The notes: generated by a model from the sequence alone, not told the origin. A DNA stretch of 64,000 nt from Patescibacteria group bacterium (GCA_028716725.1 JAQUPG010000006.1:3686-67685); one strand, 5' to 3'; counted from the stretch's first letter, positions 17,115 to 25,612 are shown. Numbers and translations are program-made.

Positions 17115-17559
17115 TAAATTGTTAAATTGTTAATCTGGAATTGGTAAATTTAATAAGGGAATTTAATTCTTTTGGCAGTTTATCCAATTCGCAAAAAATG
17201 AAATTATATTCTCTGTCACTCAACAAATTCCGCACCCTAGATTTTTCATTCCAATCCAAAGATTCCTTAATCGACCCATAGCTATAGCGATAAAATTTTA
17301 TCTTATCTTTCTTACCATATCGGCCGAATCCTTCCGCGATATTAGCCGAAATTGAATCTACCGCCCTGACAAACTGCTTGCCAACCGTGTCTTTTTCAAA
17401 ATAATTCCAGCCAATTACAATTTTCCAAACGTAATTAGATAAGTTAAAGGAAATTCTATAAGCGGAAATGTTATTTAACTTTAAATAATTGATCCCCTCC
17501 ATAATCAATTTGCGATAGAAAAATATAGCAATGAAATAATTTAATAATTTAACAATTTA
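17115..17559. mobile_element. putative IR-bounded cassette carrying the four-helix-bundle gene
   Basis: Perfect 14-bp inverted repeat taaattgttaaatt (17115-17128) / aatttaacaattta (17546-17559) fills the whole rtcB-to-leuS spacer around the gene. Confidence 0.3.
17122..17502 (-). CDS. four-helix-bundle protein (23S rRNA intervening-sequence protein family)
   Basis: SISANIAEGFGRYGKKDKIKFYRYSYGSIKESLDW is the family core as I recall it. The track start at 17508 is TTG; the ATG at 17502 (MEGINYL) is preferred. Confidence 0.75.
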   Translation of the reverse strand: MEGINYLKLNNISAYRISFNLSNYVWKIVIGWNYFEKDTVGKQFVRAVDSISANIAEGFGRYGKKDKIKFYRYSYGSIKESLDWNEKSRVRNLLSDREYNFIFCELDKLPKELNSLIKFTNSRLTI

Positions 17560-20112
17560 TTTTACTACGATGTTAATCAATCTACCCTTCACAAATATTA
17601 TTTTTACCACCTCTTTCCCCTCTAACCACTTTTTAACTTTTTCGCTCTTCATTACTTCTTCTTTGGCTTCTTTTTCGGAAATATCAACCGCCACGGAAAT
17701 CGTATCGCGCAGTTTTCCGTTAACCTGCACGACTAAATTTATAGTTTCATCTTTTATTAATTTTTTATCATATTCCGGCCATTTCTCTTTGAAGATGCTC
17801 TCTTTATGCCCTAACTCATGCCATAGCTCTTCCGCCAAATGCGGGGCAAATGGAGATAATATTTTAAGAAATGATTCATACGCATTTAAATCTATCCTTT
17901 CGGTTTCTTCCATTTTATTCGCCAAAATCATCATTGTGCTGATAGCCGTATTGAGTTTAAATTCTTCAATATCTTCCCCCACCTTTTTAATGGTTTTATG
18001 AAGTAAATTGCTCAACCCATCAGCCATTTTCACTTTTTCAATTCTGGTTTTTAACTTTGCCACCTTTTCTAAAAATTTTCTCGCTCCAATCAATCCATTA
18101 GTGCTCCAGGCGCAGGCTCCCGAAAACGGCCCCATAAACATTTCATAAACCCGCATGGAATCAGCTCCGTATTTTTCCACGATTTCATCGGGATTTATGA
18201 CGTTTCCCCAGCGTTTGCTCATTTTCCGTCCGTCTTCGGCTAAAATCAGGCCGACATGCTGCAGGCGCGTAAACGGCTCGGGATAATTTACCGCGCCGAT
18301 ATCAAATAAAAATTTATGCCAAAAGCGGGCATAAATTAAATGCCGGGTGGCGTGCTCGGCTCCGCCCACGTAAAAATCAACCGGCGACCAATATTTTTCT
18401 TTTTTCTTATCAACCAGCGCTTTTTCATTTTTGGGGTCAATATATCTTAACCAGTACCAGGAAGACCCGGCCCATTGCGGCATGGTGTTGGTTTCGCGTT
18501 TTCCCGGCCCGCCGCATTTCGGGCATTTCGTATTCACCCATTCTTTAATGTTTGCCAAGGGAGATTCGCCCGTTCCGGTCGGCTCGTATTGCTTTACTTC
18601 CGGCAGTTTTACCGGCAAATCTTTTTCCGAAACCGCTACGGCGCCGCATTTTTTGCAATGGATGATCGGAATCGGCTCGCCCCAATATCTTTGGCGCGAA
18701 AATACCCAGTCCTTTAATTTATAATTAACGGCTTTTTTGCCGACTTTATTTTTCTCCAGCCACTCAATCATTTCTTCCTTGGCTTTTTCTGTTTCTAGAC
18801 CATCTAAAAATCCAGAATTAATATTGACTCCTTCGCCGGTATAACACTCTATTCCATCTTCGACTCTTTCACGGAATCGTTTGAAACTATCCTCTGGGGT
18901 TTTACTATCAACCCAATAGGCTATTGCCTCTCCTGTTAATTTTTTTGTTTTCTCTGTGCTTGAAGATGGTTTTAAAGCTGAATCATCCACACTTCTGTAC
19001 TTAACAACCAAATCATTAATACTTCTCGGACTCGTTACACATCTAATGCATATTTCGTATTCCCTCGCAAAATCAAAATCCCGTTTATCATGACCTGGCA
19101 CGGCCATAATTGCCCCAGTGCCATAACCCATTAAAACATAATCAGCAATCCAGACTGGAATTTTTTCCTGGTTAACCGGATTAATAGCGTAAGCGCCGGT
19201 AAAAACCCCTGTTTTTTCTTTAGCTAAATCCGTTCTTTCTAATTCGGATTTTTTAGCCGTTTTCTTTATATATTCCTCTACGTCTTTTTTCTGCTCAGGC
19301 GTTGTCAGTTTTTTTACTAGTGGATGCTCGGGCGACATTACGAAATAAGTCGCGCCAAAAAGTGTATCTGGACGAGTAGTAAAAACGTCAATTGAAAATT
19401 GAAAATTGAAAATTGAAAATTGAACAATTGCCCCTTCCGATCTCCCAATCCAATTTCTCTGCATTTCCTTAATTGATTCTTCCCAATCGGGCAATTTTTC
19501 CAGATCATTAAGCATCCTGTCGGCATAATCGGTAATTTTTAAAACCCATTGCCGCATTGGTTTTCTTTCAATATCAGAACCGCAGCGTTCGCATTTCCCA
19601 CCTTCCAAATCTTCATTAGATAAAACGGTTTTGCAGCTTGGGCACCAATTGACCGGCTCATTTGATTCGTAGGCTAAACCCTTTTTAAACATCTGTAAAA
19701 ATATCCACTGGGTCCATTTATAATACCCGGGGTCGGTCGTGTTAATCTCCCGCGCCCAGTCATAAGTAAAGCCGAGCTTTAAAAGCTGATTTTTAAACTT
19801 TTTAATATTTTCTTCCACGGCCTGGCGCGGGTGGACTTTATTTTCAATCGCATAATTTTCCGCCGGCAAACCAAAAGCGTCCCAGCCCATGGGATGAAGA
19901 ACATTATATTTCTGCATCATTTTCATCCGGGCAAAAACGTCCGTGGCAATATAACCCTTCGGATGCCCGACGTGCAAACCCGCTCCGGACGGGTAAGGAA
20001 ACATGTCTAAAATATAATATTTTTTCTTTTTCTTATCGTCTTTAGTCTTATAAAGCCCCGACTTCTCCCATTCCTTCTGCCATTTTCTCTCTATTTTTTT
20101 ATGGTCGTACAT
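17557..20112 (-). CDS. leuS: leucine--tRNA ligase
   Basis: HIGH-type PYPSGAGLHVGHPKGY, KMSKRWGN, TTRPDT and editing-domain layout; 851 aa. Confidence 0.95.
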   Translation of the reverse strand: MYDHKKIERKWQKEWEKSGLYKTKDDKKKKKYYILDMFPYPSGAGLHVGHPKGYIATDVFARMKMMQKYNVLHPMGWDAFGLPAENYAIENKVHPRQAVEENIKKFKNQLLKLGFTYDWAREINTTDPGYYKWTQWIFLQMFKKGLAYESNEPVNWCPSCKTVLSNEDLEGGKCERCGSDIERKPMRQWVLKITDYADRMLNDLEKLPDWEESIKEMQRNWIGRSEGAIVQFSIFNFQFSIDVFTTRPDTLFGATYFVMSPEHPLVKKLTTPEQKKDVEEYIKKTAKKSELERTDLAKEKTGVFTGAYAINPVNQEKIPVWIADYVLMGYGTGAIMAVPGHDKRDFDFAREYEICIRCVTSPRSINDLVVKYRSVDDSALKPSSSTEKTKKLTGEAIAYWVDSKTPEDSFKRFRERVEDGIECYTGEGVNINSGFLDGLETEKAKEEMIEWLEKNKVGKKAVNYKLKDWVFSRQRYWGEPIPIIHCKKCGAVAVSEKDLPVKLPEVKQYEPTGTGESPLANIKEWVNTKCPKCGGPGKRETNTMPQWAGSSWYWLRYIDPKNEKALVDKKKEKYWSPVDFYVGGAEHATRHLIYARFWHKFLFDIGAVNYPEPFTRLQHVGLILAEDGRKMSKRWGNVINPDEIVEKYGADSMRVYEMFMGPFSGACAWSTNGLIGARKFLEKVAKLKTRIEKVKMADGLSNLLHKTIKKVGEDIEEFKLNTAISTMMILANKMEETERIDLNAYESFLKILSPFAPHLAEELWHELGHKESIFKEKWPEYDKKLIKDETINLVVQVNGKLRDTISVAVDISEKEAKEEVMKSEKVKKWLEGKEVVKIIFVKGRLINIVVK
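19391..19425. repeat. ATTGAAA x4-5 heptamer array inside leuS
   Basis: attgaaa x4 then attgaac, encoding ..QFSIFNFQFSID.. just before the TTRPDT motif. Confidence 0.9.
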
Positions 20113-20170
20113 ATATAAAAAATTTAAAAATATCTATTAACACTTTATCCTAAAATCCCTTAAAAATCAA

Positions 20171-20197
20171 ATGCCCAGAGAACGAATCTCCGGGCAT
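20171..20197. terminator. hairpin with T-runs on both strands
   Basis: atgcccagaga-acgaa-tctccgggcat (one mismatch). Flanked by ttgattttta on the minus-strand reading and atttttgttt on the plus. Confidence 0.5.
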
Positions 20198-20223
20198 ATT
20201 TTTGTTTATTGCGCGTTTAACGG

Positions 20224-20352
20224 TCAGCCATGGCCGCCGGGGTCATCTTCCTCTTCAGGATTTTCTTCTTCGGGATCGATCACGGGCATCTCGTCCTGCG
20301 GAACCTCTTTGCCTGGACCAATGCCGCGTTCTTCGTCATCTGGACGGCACAT
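20224..20352 (-). CDS. possible 42-aa highly acidic peptide
   Basis: ATG at 20352 preceded by GAGGGGGGGAAAT (strong SD). Peptide MCRPDDEERGIGPGKEVPQDEMPVIDPEEENPEEEDDPGGHG. GC-elevated patch, followed by the hairpin at 20171-20197. No family recognised. Confidence 0.25.
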   Translation of the reverse strand: MCRPDDEERGIGPGKEVPQDEMPVIDPEEENPEEEDDPGGHG

Positions 20353-20461
20353 ATTTCCCCCCCTCGGGTTTTCCGTCATCCGGAGTTTGGACAGCAGGCT
20401 TTTTAAGTCTTGCTGCCGCATTCATCATATCGCACACAATAATATCCCTCTGTTTTTAGAA

Positions 20462-21211
20462 TTAAACTTCGATTCCAACCGGACAATGGTCAGAACCACT
20501 TATTCCATCAAGAATGAACGATTTTTTTATATTTTTTATCATCTTAGCAGAAACGCAGAAATAATCAATCCGCCAGCCGATATTTCTCTCCCGCACATTA
20601 AACCGATAACTCCACCAGGAGTACTGGACTTTATTTTTGTTAAAATAACGGAAAGTATCTATAAAACCGGAATTTAAAAATTCAGTCATCCAGTTTCTTT
20701 CTTCGTAAGTAAAGCCCGGGTTGCCGATATTATCTTTCGGCCGGGCCAAGTCAATTTCCTCGTGCGCCACGTTAAAATCACCGGCGACAATAAGGGGCTT
20801 CCCCTTTTCCAACTTTTTTAAATATTTTAAAAGCTTATTATTGAAATCTAATTTAAAATCAAGGCGCGACAATTCATGGTTGGCATTGGGAAAATAAATA
20901 TTGGCTAAATAAAAATTGCCGCAGTCCAAAACCTGAACCCGGCCTTCATTATCCCAATCCAAATAAGGTAAAATTTTTGCCGACAATCCTTCTTTGACTA
21001 AAATCGCCGTGCCGCTATAACCAGGACGCTCGGCCGGATGCCAATATTCTTTATAATCCCTAAAATCAAACTCCTCTTTTTCCCTGGCTACGTCGGAAAT
21101 TTTAATTTCCTGCAAACATAAAATATCCGGCTTTTGTTTTTTTAAAAAATCCAAAAAACCTTTGCGGGTAACCGCCCTGATGCCATTAACGTTCCAGGAT
21201 AATATTTCCAT
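20462..21211 (-). CDS. xth: exodeoxyribonuclease III (AP endonuclease family 1)
   Basis: SWNVNGIRA, CLQEIK, NVAHEEIDL and SDHCPV motifs; 249 aa. Confidence 0.9.
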   Translation of the reverse strand: MEILSWNVNGIRAVTRKGFLDFLKKQKPDILCLQEIKISDVAREKEEFDFRDYKEYWHPAERPGYSGTAILVKEGLSAKILPYLDWDNEGRVQVLDCGNFYLANIYFPNANHELSRLDFKLDFNNKLLKYLKKLEKGKPLIVAGDFNVAHEEIDLARPKDNIGNPGFTYEERNWMTEFLNSGFIDTFRYFNKNKVQYSWWSYRFNVRERNIGWRIDYFCVSAKMIKNIKKSFILDGISGSDHCPVGIEV

Positions 21212-21221
21212 AATTTATGAA

Positions 21222-22607
21222 TTAACTCTCTAATTCTTTCTTAACATATTTATTCTGCCACTCGGAAACTACCTTGTCTCTTGCCTGGTTCGTCGCCGCT
21301 ATTTTTATTGCTTCTACTGTCCCCTTCACTAATGCCATTAATCCTTTGCCTCTAGCTTTTCTTATGTGCTCTAAAGCATCAAATTTATGCTCCCCGGACA
21401 CGGCATCAAAAACGTCTGGGTCAATCACGGAGAAAAAATATTCCGGATTTTCCTCTGTCGGCAACTTTACAAAAACATTGCCGGTATTTATCACATTTCC
21501 TCTTGCTTCCTTAAAGCCGGCGTCAGAATCAGAAATGTCCAAAACAACGCCGTCTGTTTTTTTCATGGCTTCAAGGCGCCTTAAAAAAACCTTCCAGGCT
21601 TCTCTAAAGCCCGGATCATCCTTTTTTATTTCCGAAGGAAGCTCTTTCACGGTTTGGCCTTTAGCATAATCCTGGCGGACCATTCTTTTATAATTTCCTT
21701 CCTTATCTTTATAAATCGTCATGTCGTTAAAAACTATCCCGGTCTTTACATTCCCGCCTTCCGGCTGCTCGTGGTCTAAGCGCAAACTAATAGCATGCAT
21801 TTCCCGCATCAGCTTTAAGACCGAGGCGAAATCAACATCATGCCTTTCTTTTGTTATTTTAATAACCTGCGGCCTTAATTCTTTTCCTAAAAAAATACTG
21901 TTTTTATTTTCCGCTCCTTCGGATTTTACGGTCGCTTCTTGCCCGGCGACTTCATCAAGATAATTCTGGACATCCTCGGCGATTGTCGGAATGCCGAACA
22001 TCTCGACCATCACTTCTTCCATCCTTGTCCTGTCCGCCAAAGAAGCGCCTTTAAACTCTTTATAAAGTTCATCTAATACCGCAATCCTTTCTTTAATTTC
22101 CTCCGGCGAAATATTTTTATCAATGTAAAGCAGATTGTAGGGCTGCTTAGACTTGGCAATAAAATTCTCAAGTTTCCCTTCCCCTTCCCGGTGCTTTTCC
22201 AATAACTCGGCTCTAAGGCCTTCTACGGTCCCTGACTGGCTGGCGGCCAGAGCTTTCTCCAATAGATGCGGAGGAATATCTGTTTCCTCGGAAATTTCCA
22301 TCATTTCTCCATGCTTTTCCGCCTCAATTTCCTGGTCATAGCCAATAATCCGGGTAAATAACCCCAATAATTTTTCGCGCGTCTCCGGATTTTCTATTTC
22401 CTCAATATTTCTCTGCATGGCCTCCTTGGTTTCAGCACTTAAACCCTCTTGTTTTCTTTCGGAAACACTATCAATTATCTCCCGTATTTGCTCTATCTCC
22501 GGCATTGGCTCCCCGCTTTCCTCTTCGGGATTAGATCGTTCTCTCTCATTACTTTCATCTTTAACTTCGGTATCTCTATTTTTTATTCCTTCTTCCATAT
22601 TGCCCAT
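21222..22607 (-). CDS. hypothetical acidic protein, 461 aa
   Basis: Long ORF tightly packed between a small ORF and xth. Glu-rich helical N-terminal half and a mixed alpha/beta C-terminal half. No family recognised. Confidence 0.7.
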   Translation of the reverse strand: MGNMEEGIKNRDTEVKDESNERERSNPEEESGEPMPEIEQIREIIDSVSERKQEGLSAETKEAMQRNIEEIENPETREKLLGLFTRIIGYDQEIEAEKHGEMMEISEETDIPPHLLEKALAASQSGTVEGLRAELLEKHREGEGKLENFIAKSKQPYNLLYIDKNISPEEIKERIAVLDELYKEFKGASLADRTRMEEVMVEMFGIPTIAEDVQNYLDEVAGQEATVKSEGAENKNSIFLGKELRPQVIKITKERHDVDFASVLKLMREMHAISLRLDHEQPEGGNVKTGIVFNDMTIYKDKEGNYKRMVRQDYAKGQTVKELPSEIKKDDPGFREAWKVFLRRLEAMKKTDGVVLDISDSDAGFKEARGNVINTGNVFVKLPTEENPEYFFSVIDPDVFDAVSGEHKFDALEHIRKARGKGLMALVKGTVEAIKIAATNQARDKVVSEWQNKYVKKELES

Positions 22608-22608
22608 A

Positions 22609-22764
22609 TTAATTATTTTTATTAATTTCCTTTCTTATTTTCTCTATTTTTTCTTTATCAACAATATTAAAAAACTCTTTGACGAGCTTACTTTGTTTTG
22701 CCCTTAAATCATTGATTTTCCTGGCATGCTTCTCGGCTATTTGTTTTATTTTCGCCTTATCCAT
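22609..22764 (-). CDS. small coiled-coil protein (51 aa)
   Basis: MDKAKIKQIAEKHARKINDLRAKQSKLVKEFFNIVDKEKIEKIRKEINKNN. Its stop lies 1 nt before the next start. The track N-terminal extension is low-complexity. Confidence 0.5.
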   Translation of the reverse strand: MDKAKIKQIAEKHARKINDLRAKQSKLVKEFFNIVDKEKIEKIRKEINKNN

Positions 22765-22843
22765 AAAATTGTTAAAATAATTAAAATATTTAATACTAGA
22801 ATAATTACACATTTTCAACTATTTATCAAGTCAAAAATTAATA

Positions 22844-23293
22844 TTATATTTTAGTCTTATAAATCAGCCAATTCTTTTTTTCTTTAAACCGAACTAAAAC
22901 ATACTCACCCTTTAATTTTTTTCCCGCCAGATTGAATTTAAGACTCCCGCTTCCTAAACTGCCTTCAATTATCTTCCATTTTCCTTTATCCCAAACCTCT
23001 ACGGTTCCCGCCCCATATTCCCCTTTTGAGATAACGCCGGAAAAATTAATATAATCAACCGGATGGTCTTCCACCTGGACGGCTAGCCGTTTTATGCCTC
23101 TTTCTTCCGGCACGCCTTTAGGCACGGCCCAGGATTTTAATACCCCCTCCATTTCTAACCGAAAATCATAATGCAAGTTGCGAGCTTGGTGCTTCTGCAC
23201 GACAAAACGGAAAAGGTTGGTTTTTTTTATTTCCCCGCTGGGTTCCGAAGTTCTGCTAAACTCCCGCTTTTTTTGATAAGCGATAAGGCTCAT
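22844..23293 (-). CDS. stand-alone LigD-type 3'-phosphoesterase (PE) domain protein
   Basis: FVVQKHQARNLHYDFRLEMEGVLKSWAVPKGVP is the LigD N-terminal PE-domain core as I recall it. At 149 aa it has no ligase or polymerase domain. Confidence 0.8.
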   Translation of the reverse strand: MSLIAYQKKREFSRTSEPSGEIKKTNLFRFVVQKHQARNLHYDFRLEMEGVLKSWAVPKGVPEERGIKRLAVQVEDHPVDYINFSGVISKGEYGAGTVEVWDKGKWKIIEGSLGSGSLKFNLAGKKLKGEYVLVRFKEKKNWLIYKTKI

Positions 23294-23439
23294 TTTTTTA
23301 TTATTAATCTTTGTAAATTCCGCACGCTGGTGCCGCTTACTCTCATTTTCGGCCTTTTCCTTTTATCTACCCTTTTATACCTTTCTTCCACCCGTCTTTC
23401 CAGCTCCGCGTGCTTTTGGCTGTAATTTTGTTTATTCAT
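23290..23439 (-). CDS. possible 49-aa basic peptide overlapping the PE gene start (ATGA)
   Basis: MNKQNYSQKHAELERRVEERYKRVDKRKRPKMRVSGTSVRNLQRLIIKK*. Its TGA overlaps the ATG at 23293. Not in the ORF track. Confidence 0.3.
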   Translation of the reverse strand: MNKQNYSQKHAELERRVEERYKRVDKRKRPKMRVSGTSVRNLQRLIIKK

Positions 23440-23496
23440 AGAAAAAATGATATAATAAATCTATCTTTATCATAAATAAAATTTACTAATTTAGCA

Positions 23497-24195
23497 ATGG
23501 AAAACGGGCAAAAACATTGGTATGAAAAGTGGTGGGGAATTCTGCTGATTCTTTTTTTAACTTTAACCGCTATAGTTTTAGTGGCCCTGGGTTTTTATAT
23601 TGCCGACCTGACCGGAAGAATTAAGGGCGGAACAACGGCAAATGGGCAATTGCTGGCAGAAATTTCCGATTATAAAACAGCTAAAGCCAACCCGGTAATA
23701 ACCGGGGCTAATAATTACTGGCTAGGCTCGGCCAAGCCAAAAATAACGATTGTGGAGTTTGCCGACTTTGATTGCCAAAATTGTAAAAATTCCTTTCCTA
23801 ATATCCGCGAAATTAGCTTAAATTACAAAAATGATGTTAAAATAATATTCAGGGATTTTCCCGTCTACGAGAACTCAATAAACTTGGCTTTAGCCGGGCG
23901 CTGCGCCGGAGAACAAGGGCTGTTCTGGCTGATGCATGACAAGCTTTATGCCCGGCAGGGAAACTTTAGCCCGGAAGAATTGCCGAATTTTGCTAACCAA
24001 ATCGGAGCGGATGTTAACAAATTTAATAATTGCCTAAGCAACGAAAAATATTTAAGCGACATAAAAAAAGATTATGCGGACGGGCAGTCCATGGGAATAA
24101 CCGGCACGCCCACCTGGTTTATAAACGGCTATAGAATTGAGGGGGACATTCCCCATGATTTATTTATCCAGATAATTGAAGAGTTAATAAAATAA
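23497..24195 (+). CDS. membrane-anchored DsbA-family thiol:disulfide oxidoreductase
   Basis: N-terminal TM WWGILLILFLTLTAIVLVALGFYIA. Thioredoxin-fold CxxC (FADFDCQNCK) and GTPTWFING near the C-terminus. Confidence 0.8.
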   Translation: MENGQKHWYEKWWGILLILFLTLTAIVLVALGFYIADLTGRIKGGTTANGQLLAEISDYKTAKANPVITGANNYWLGSAKPKITIVEFADFDCQNCKNSFPNIREISLNYKNDVKIIFRDFPVYENSINLALAGRCAGEQGLFWLMHDKLYARQGNFSPEELPNFANQIGADVNKFNNCLSNEKYLSDIKKDYADGQSMGITGTPTWFINGYRIEGDIPHDLFIQIIEELIK

Positions 24196-24215
24196 TTCAA
24201 ATACTACAAATTTAT

Positions 24216-24644
24216 ATTCAAATGCTTCAAATTTAGTTATATGGAAAAAGTTGCCCATAAGGAATTATCCTATAAGATAACTGGGTTATTATTTAAAACG
24301 CATAAAGAATTAGACCGCTTTAGAAACGAAAAGCAATATGCCGATTATTTTGAAGAATTGCTAAAGCAAGCAGGAATAAAATATGTCCGTGAGTATAAAT
24401 TTGAAGATCAACAATATGGCCAAGGAAGAGTTAGATGTATATGTGATTTTATAATAGACGACAAAGTTATTTTGGAATTTAAAGCGAAAAATTTTATTAC
24501 CAAAGAAGATTATTATCAGACTAAAAGATATCTAATAACATTAAACTTACAATTAGCCATTATAGTTAATTTTAGACAGGTGAGATTGGCGCCGAAGAGA
24601 GTTTTAAATAGTAACTTCTTAAAAAATATTTGAAGCATTTGAAT
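24216..24644. mobile_element. putative IR-bounded cassette carrying the GxxExxY gene
   Basis: Perfect 17-bp inverted repeat attcaaatgcttcaaat (24216-24232) / atttgaagcatttgaat (24628-24644). The right arm contains the gene's stop codon. Imperfect extension on both sides ends in aattcaaat / atttgaatt. Confidence 0.35.
24241..24633 (+). CDS. GxxExxY-family protein (PD-(D/E)xK-like, IVS-associated family)
   Basis: 130 aa. NEKQYADYFEELLKQAGIKYVRE then CDFIIDDKVILEFKA and LAIIVNF match the family pattern as I recall it. Confidence 0.7.
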   Translation: MEKVAHKELSYKITGLLFKTHKELDRFRNEKQYADYFEELLKQAGIKYVREYKFEDQQYGQGRVRCICDFIIDDKVILEFKAKNFITKEDYYQTKRYLITLNLQLAIIVNFRQVRLAPKRVLNSNFLKNI

Positions 24645-24661
24645 GGTTAATTATTTGAATT

Positions 24662-25210
24662 ATGCAGATGAAACAAATTAGAATTCACGGCCGTGGCGGG
24701 CAGGGAGTGGTAACCGCCGCCGAACTAATCGCGATTGCCGCTTTTGCCGACGGGAAGGAGGCGCAAGCCTTCCCTTCTTTCGGCGTGGAAAGAACCGGCG
24801 CCCCGATTGAATCTTTTGCCCGGATTGACGATAAGCCGATCAGAATCAGGGAGCACATTTATAAGCCGGACGTTTTAATTGTCCAGGATCCGTCTCTGCT
24901 TAATACGGTTGATATTACCAAGGGGGCGGGAGCAAATACTTTGGTTATAATCAACACAACGAAAAATAAAAATGAACTTAAATTAAACCTGAAAGAAGAA
25001 AATATTTATGCCGTAGACGCCACTAAAATCGCCTTGGAAATAATCGGAAAAAATATTGTTAATACCGTAATCCTCGGGGCTTTTGCCCGCGCCACCGGGC
25101 TGGTCAGTTTGGACGGCCTGAAAAAAGCCATTACTCGAAAATTTACCGATAAGGGGAAAGATGTAATAGAAAAAAATATAAAGGCAGTAGTTAAAGCTTA
25201 TAACGCTTAA
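24662..25210 (+). CDS. porG: pyruvate/2-oxoacid:ferredoxin oxidoreductase, gamma subunit
   Basis: IRIHGRGGQGVVTAAELIA motif; 182 aa; first gene of a 4-subunit set. Confidence 0.85.
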   Translation: MQMKQIRIHGRGGQGVVTAAELIAIAAFADGKEAQAFPSFGVERTGAPIESFARIDDKPIRIREHIYKPDVLIVQDPSLLNTVDITKGAGANTLVIINTTKNKNELKLNLKEENIYAVDATKIALEIIGKNIVNTVILGAFARATGLVSLDGLKKAITRKFTDKGKDVIEKNIKAVVKAYNA

Positions 25211-25215
25211 TCTAT

Positions 25216-25482
25216 ATGAAAATAAACATTACCGCTAAACCGGGTTCAACTTTAAAAAATAAAACCGGCGGCTGGCGGACATTTAAACCGAAAACCGATT
25301 TCAATAAATGTATTGGTTGCGGCCTTTGCGCCCGGGTTTGCCCGGAGGGGATAATAGAAATGCTAAATAATAAAGAAGGGAAACTGAAACCTAAGACCGA
25401 TTATGACTATTGCAAAGGCTGCGGCGTCTGCGCCGCCGAATGCCCGGTTAAAGCCATCATTATGGAATTAGATAAAAAATAA
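25216..25482 (+). CDS. porD: PFOR delta subunit (2x[4Fe-4S] ferredoxin-like)
   Basis: CIGCGLCARVCP and CKGCGVCAAECP cluster motifs; 88 aa. Confidence 0.85.
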   Translation: MKINITAKPGSTLKNKTGGWRTFKPKTDFNKCIGCGLCARVCPEGIIEMLNNKEGKLKPKTDYDYCKGCGVCAAECPVKAIIMELDKK

Positions 25483-25612
25483 AAAAGATACCAATATACG
25501 AATGAGTGCGAATGATACGAATCTATACTAATTGACTTTAAAAAATATTGTCAGCATATTCGTATTTATTAGTATTATTAGCATTATTCGTATATTAGTA
25601 TCTTGTCATTTT

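Noticed and set aside
20171-20677. 168-aa + strand ORF spanning the spacer and the 3' end of xth.
   Set aside because: It runs antisense through the well-supported xth gene, and its sequence is Ser/Pro-rich low complexity.
21324-21563. Strings in the 461-aa protein reminiscent of nucleotidyltransferase/ligase motifs (KTDG as motif I, GLMALVK as motif IV) next to the LigD PE gene. A kinase-like D...N...D reading was also considered.
   Set aside because: The spacing between the putative motifs is much shorter than in any ligase I can recall, and too few residues follow KTDG for a full NTase plus OB fold. The kinase-like reading also fails on spacing. It is kept only as something a profile search could revisit.
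25532-25612. N-terminal extensions in the ORF track: porA from 25532, pilin gene from 26800, murE from 60906, 85-aa ORF from 41154, 165-aa ORF from 59413, secD 'start' at 63885.
   Set aside because: The extra residues are encoded by spacer repeat or hairpin DNA or begin at TTG. Internal ATGs give N-termini matching the conserved family starts. For secD the frame is open upstream to the window edge.
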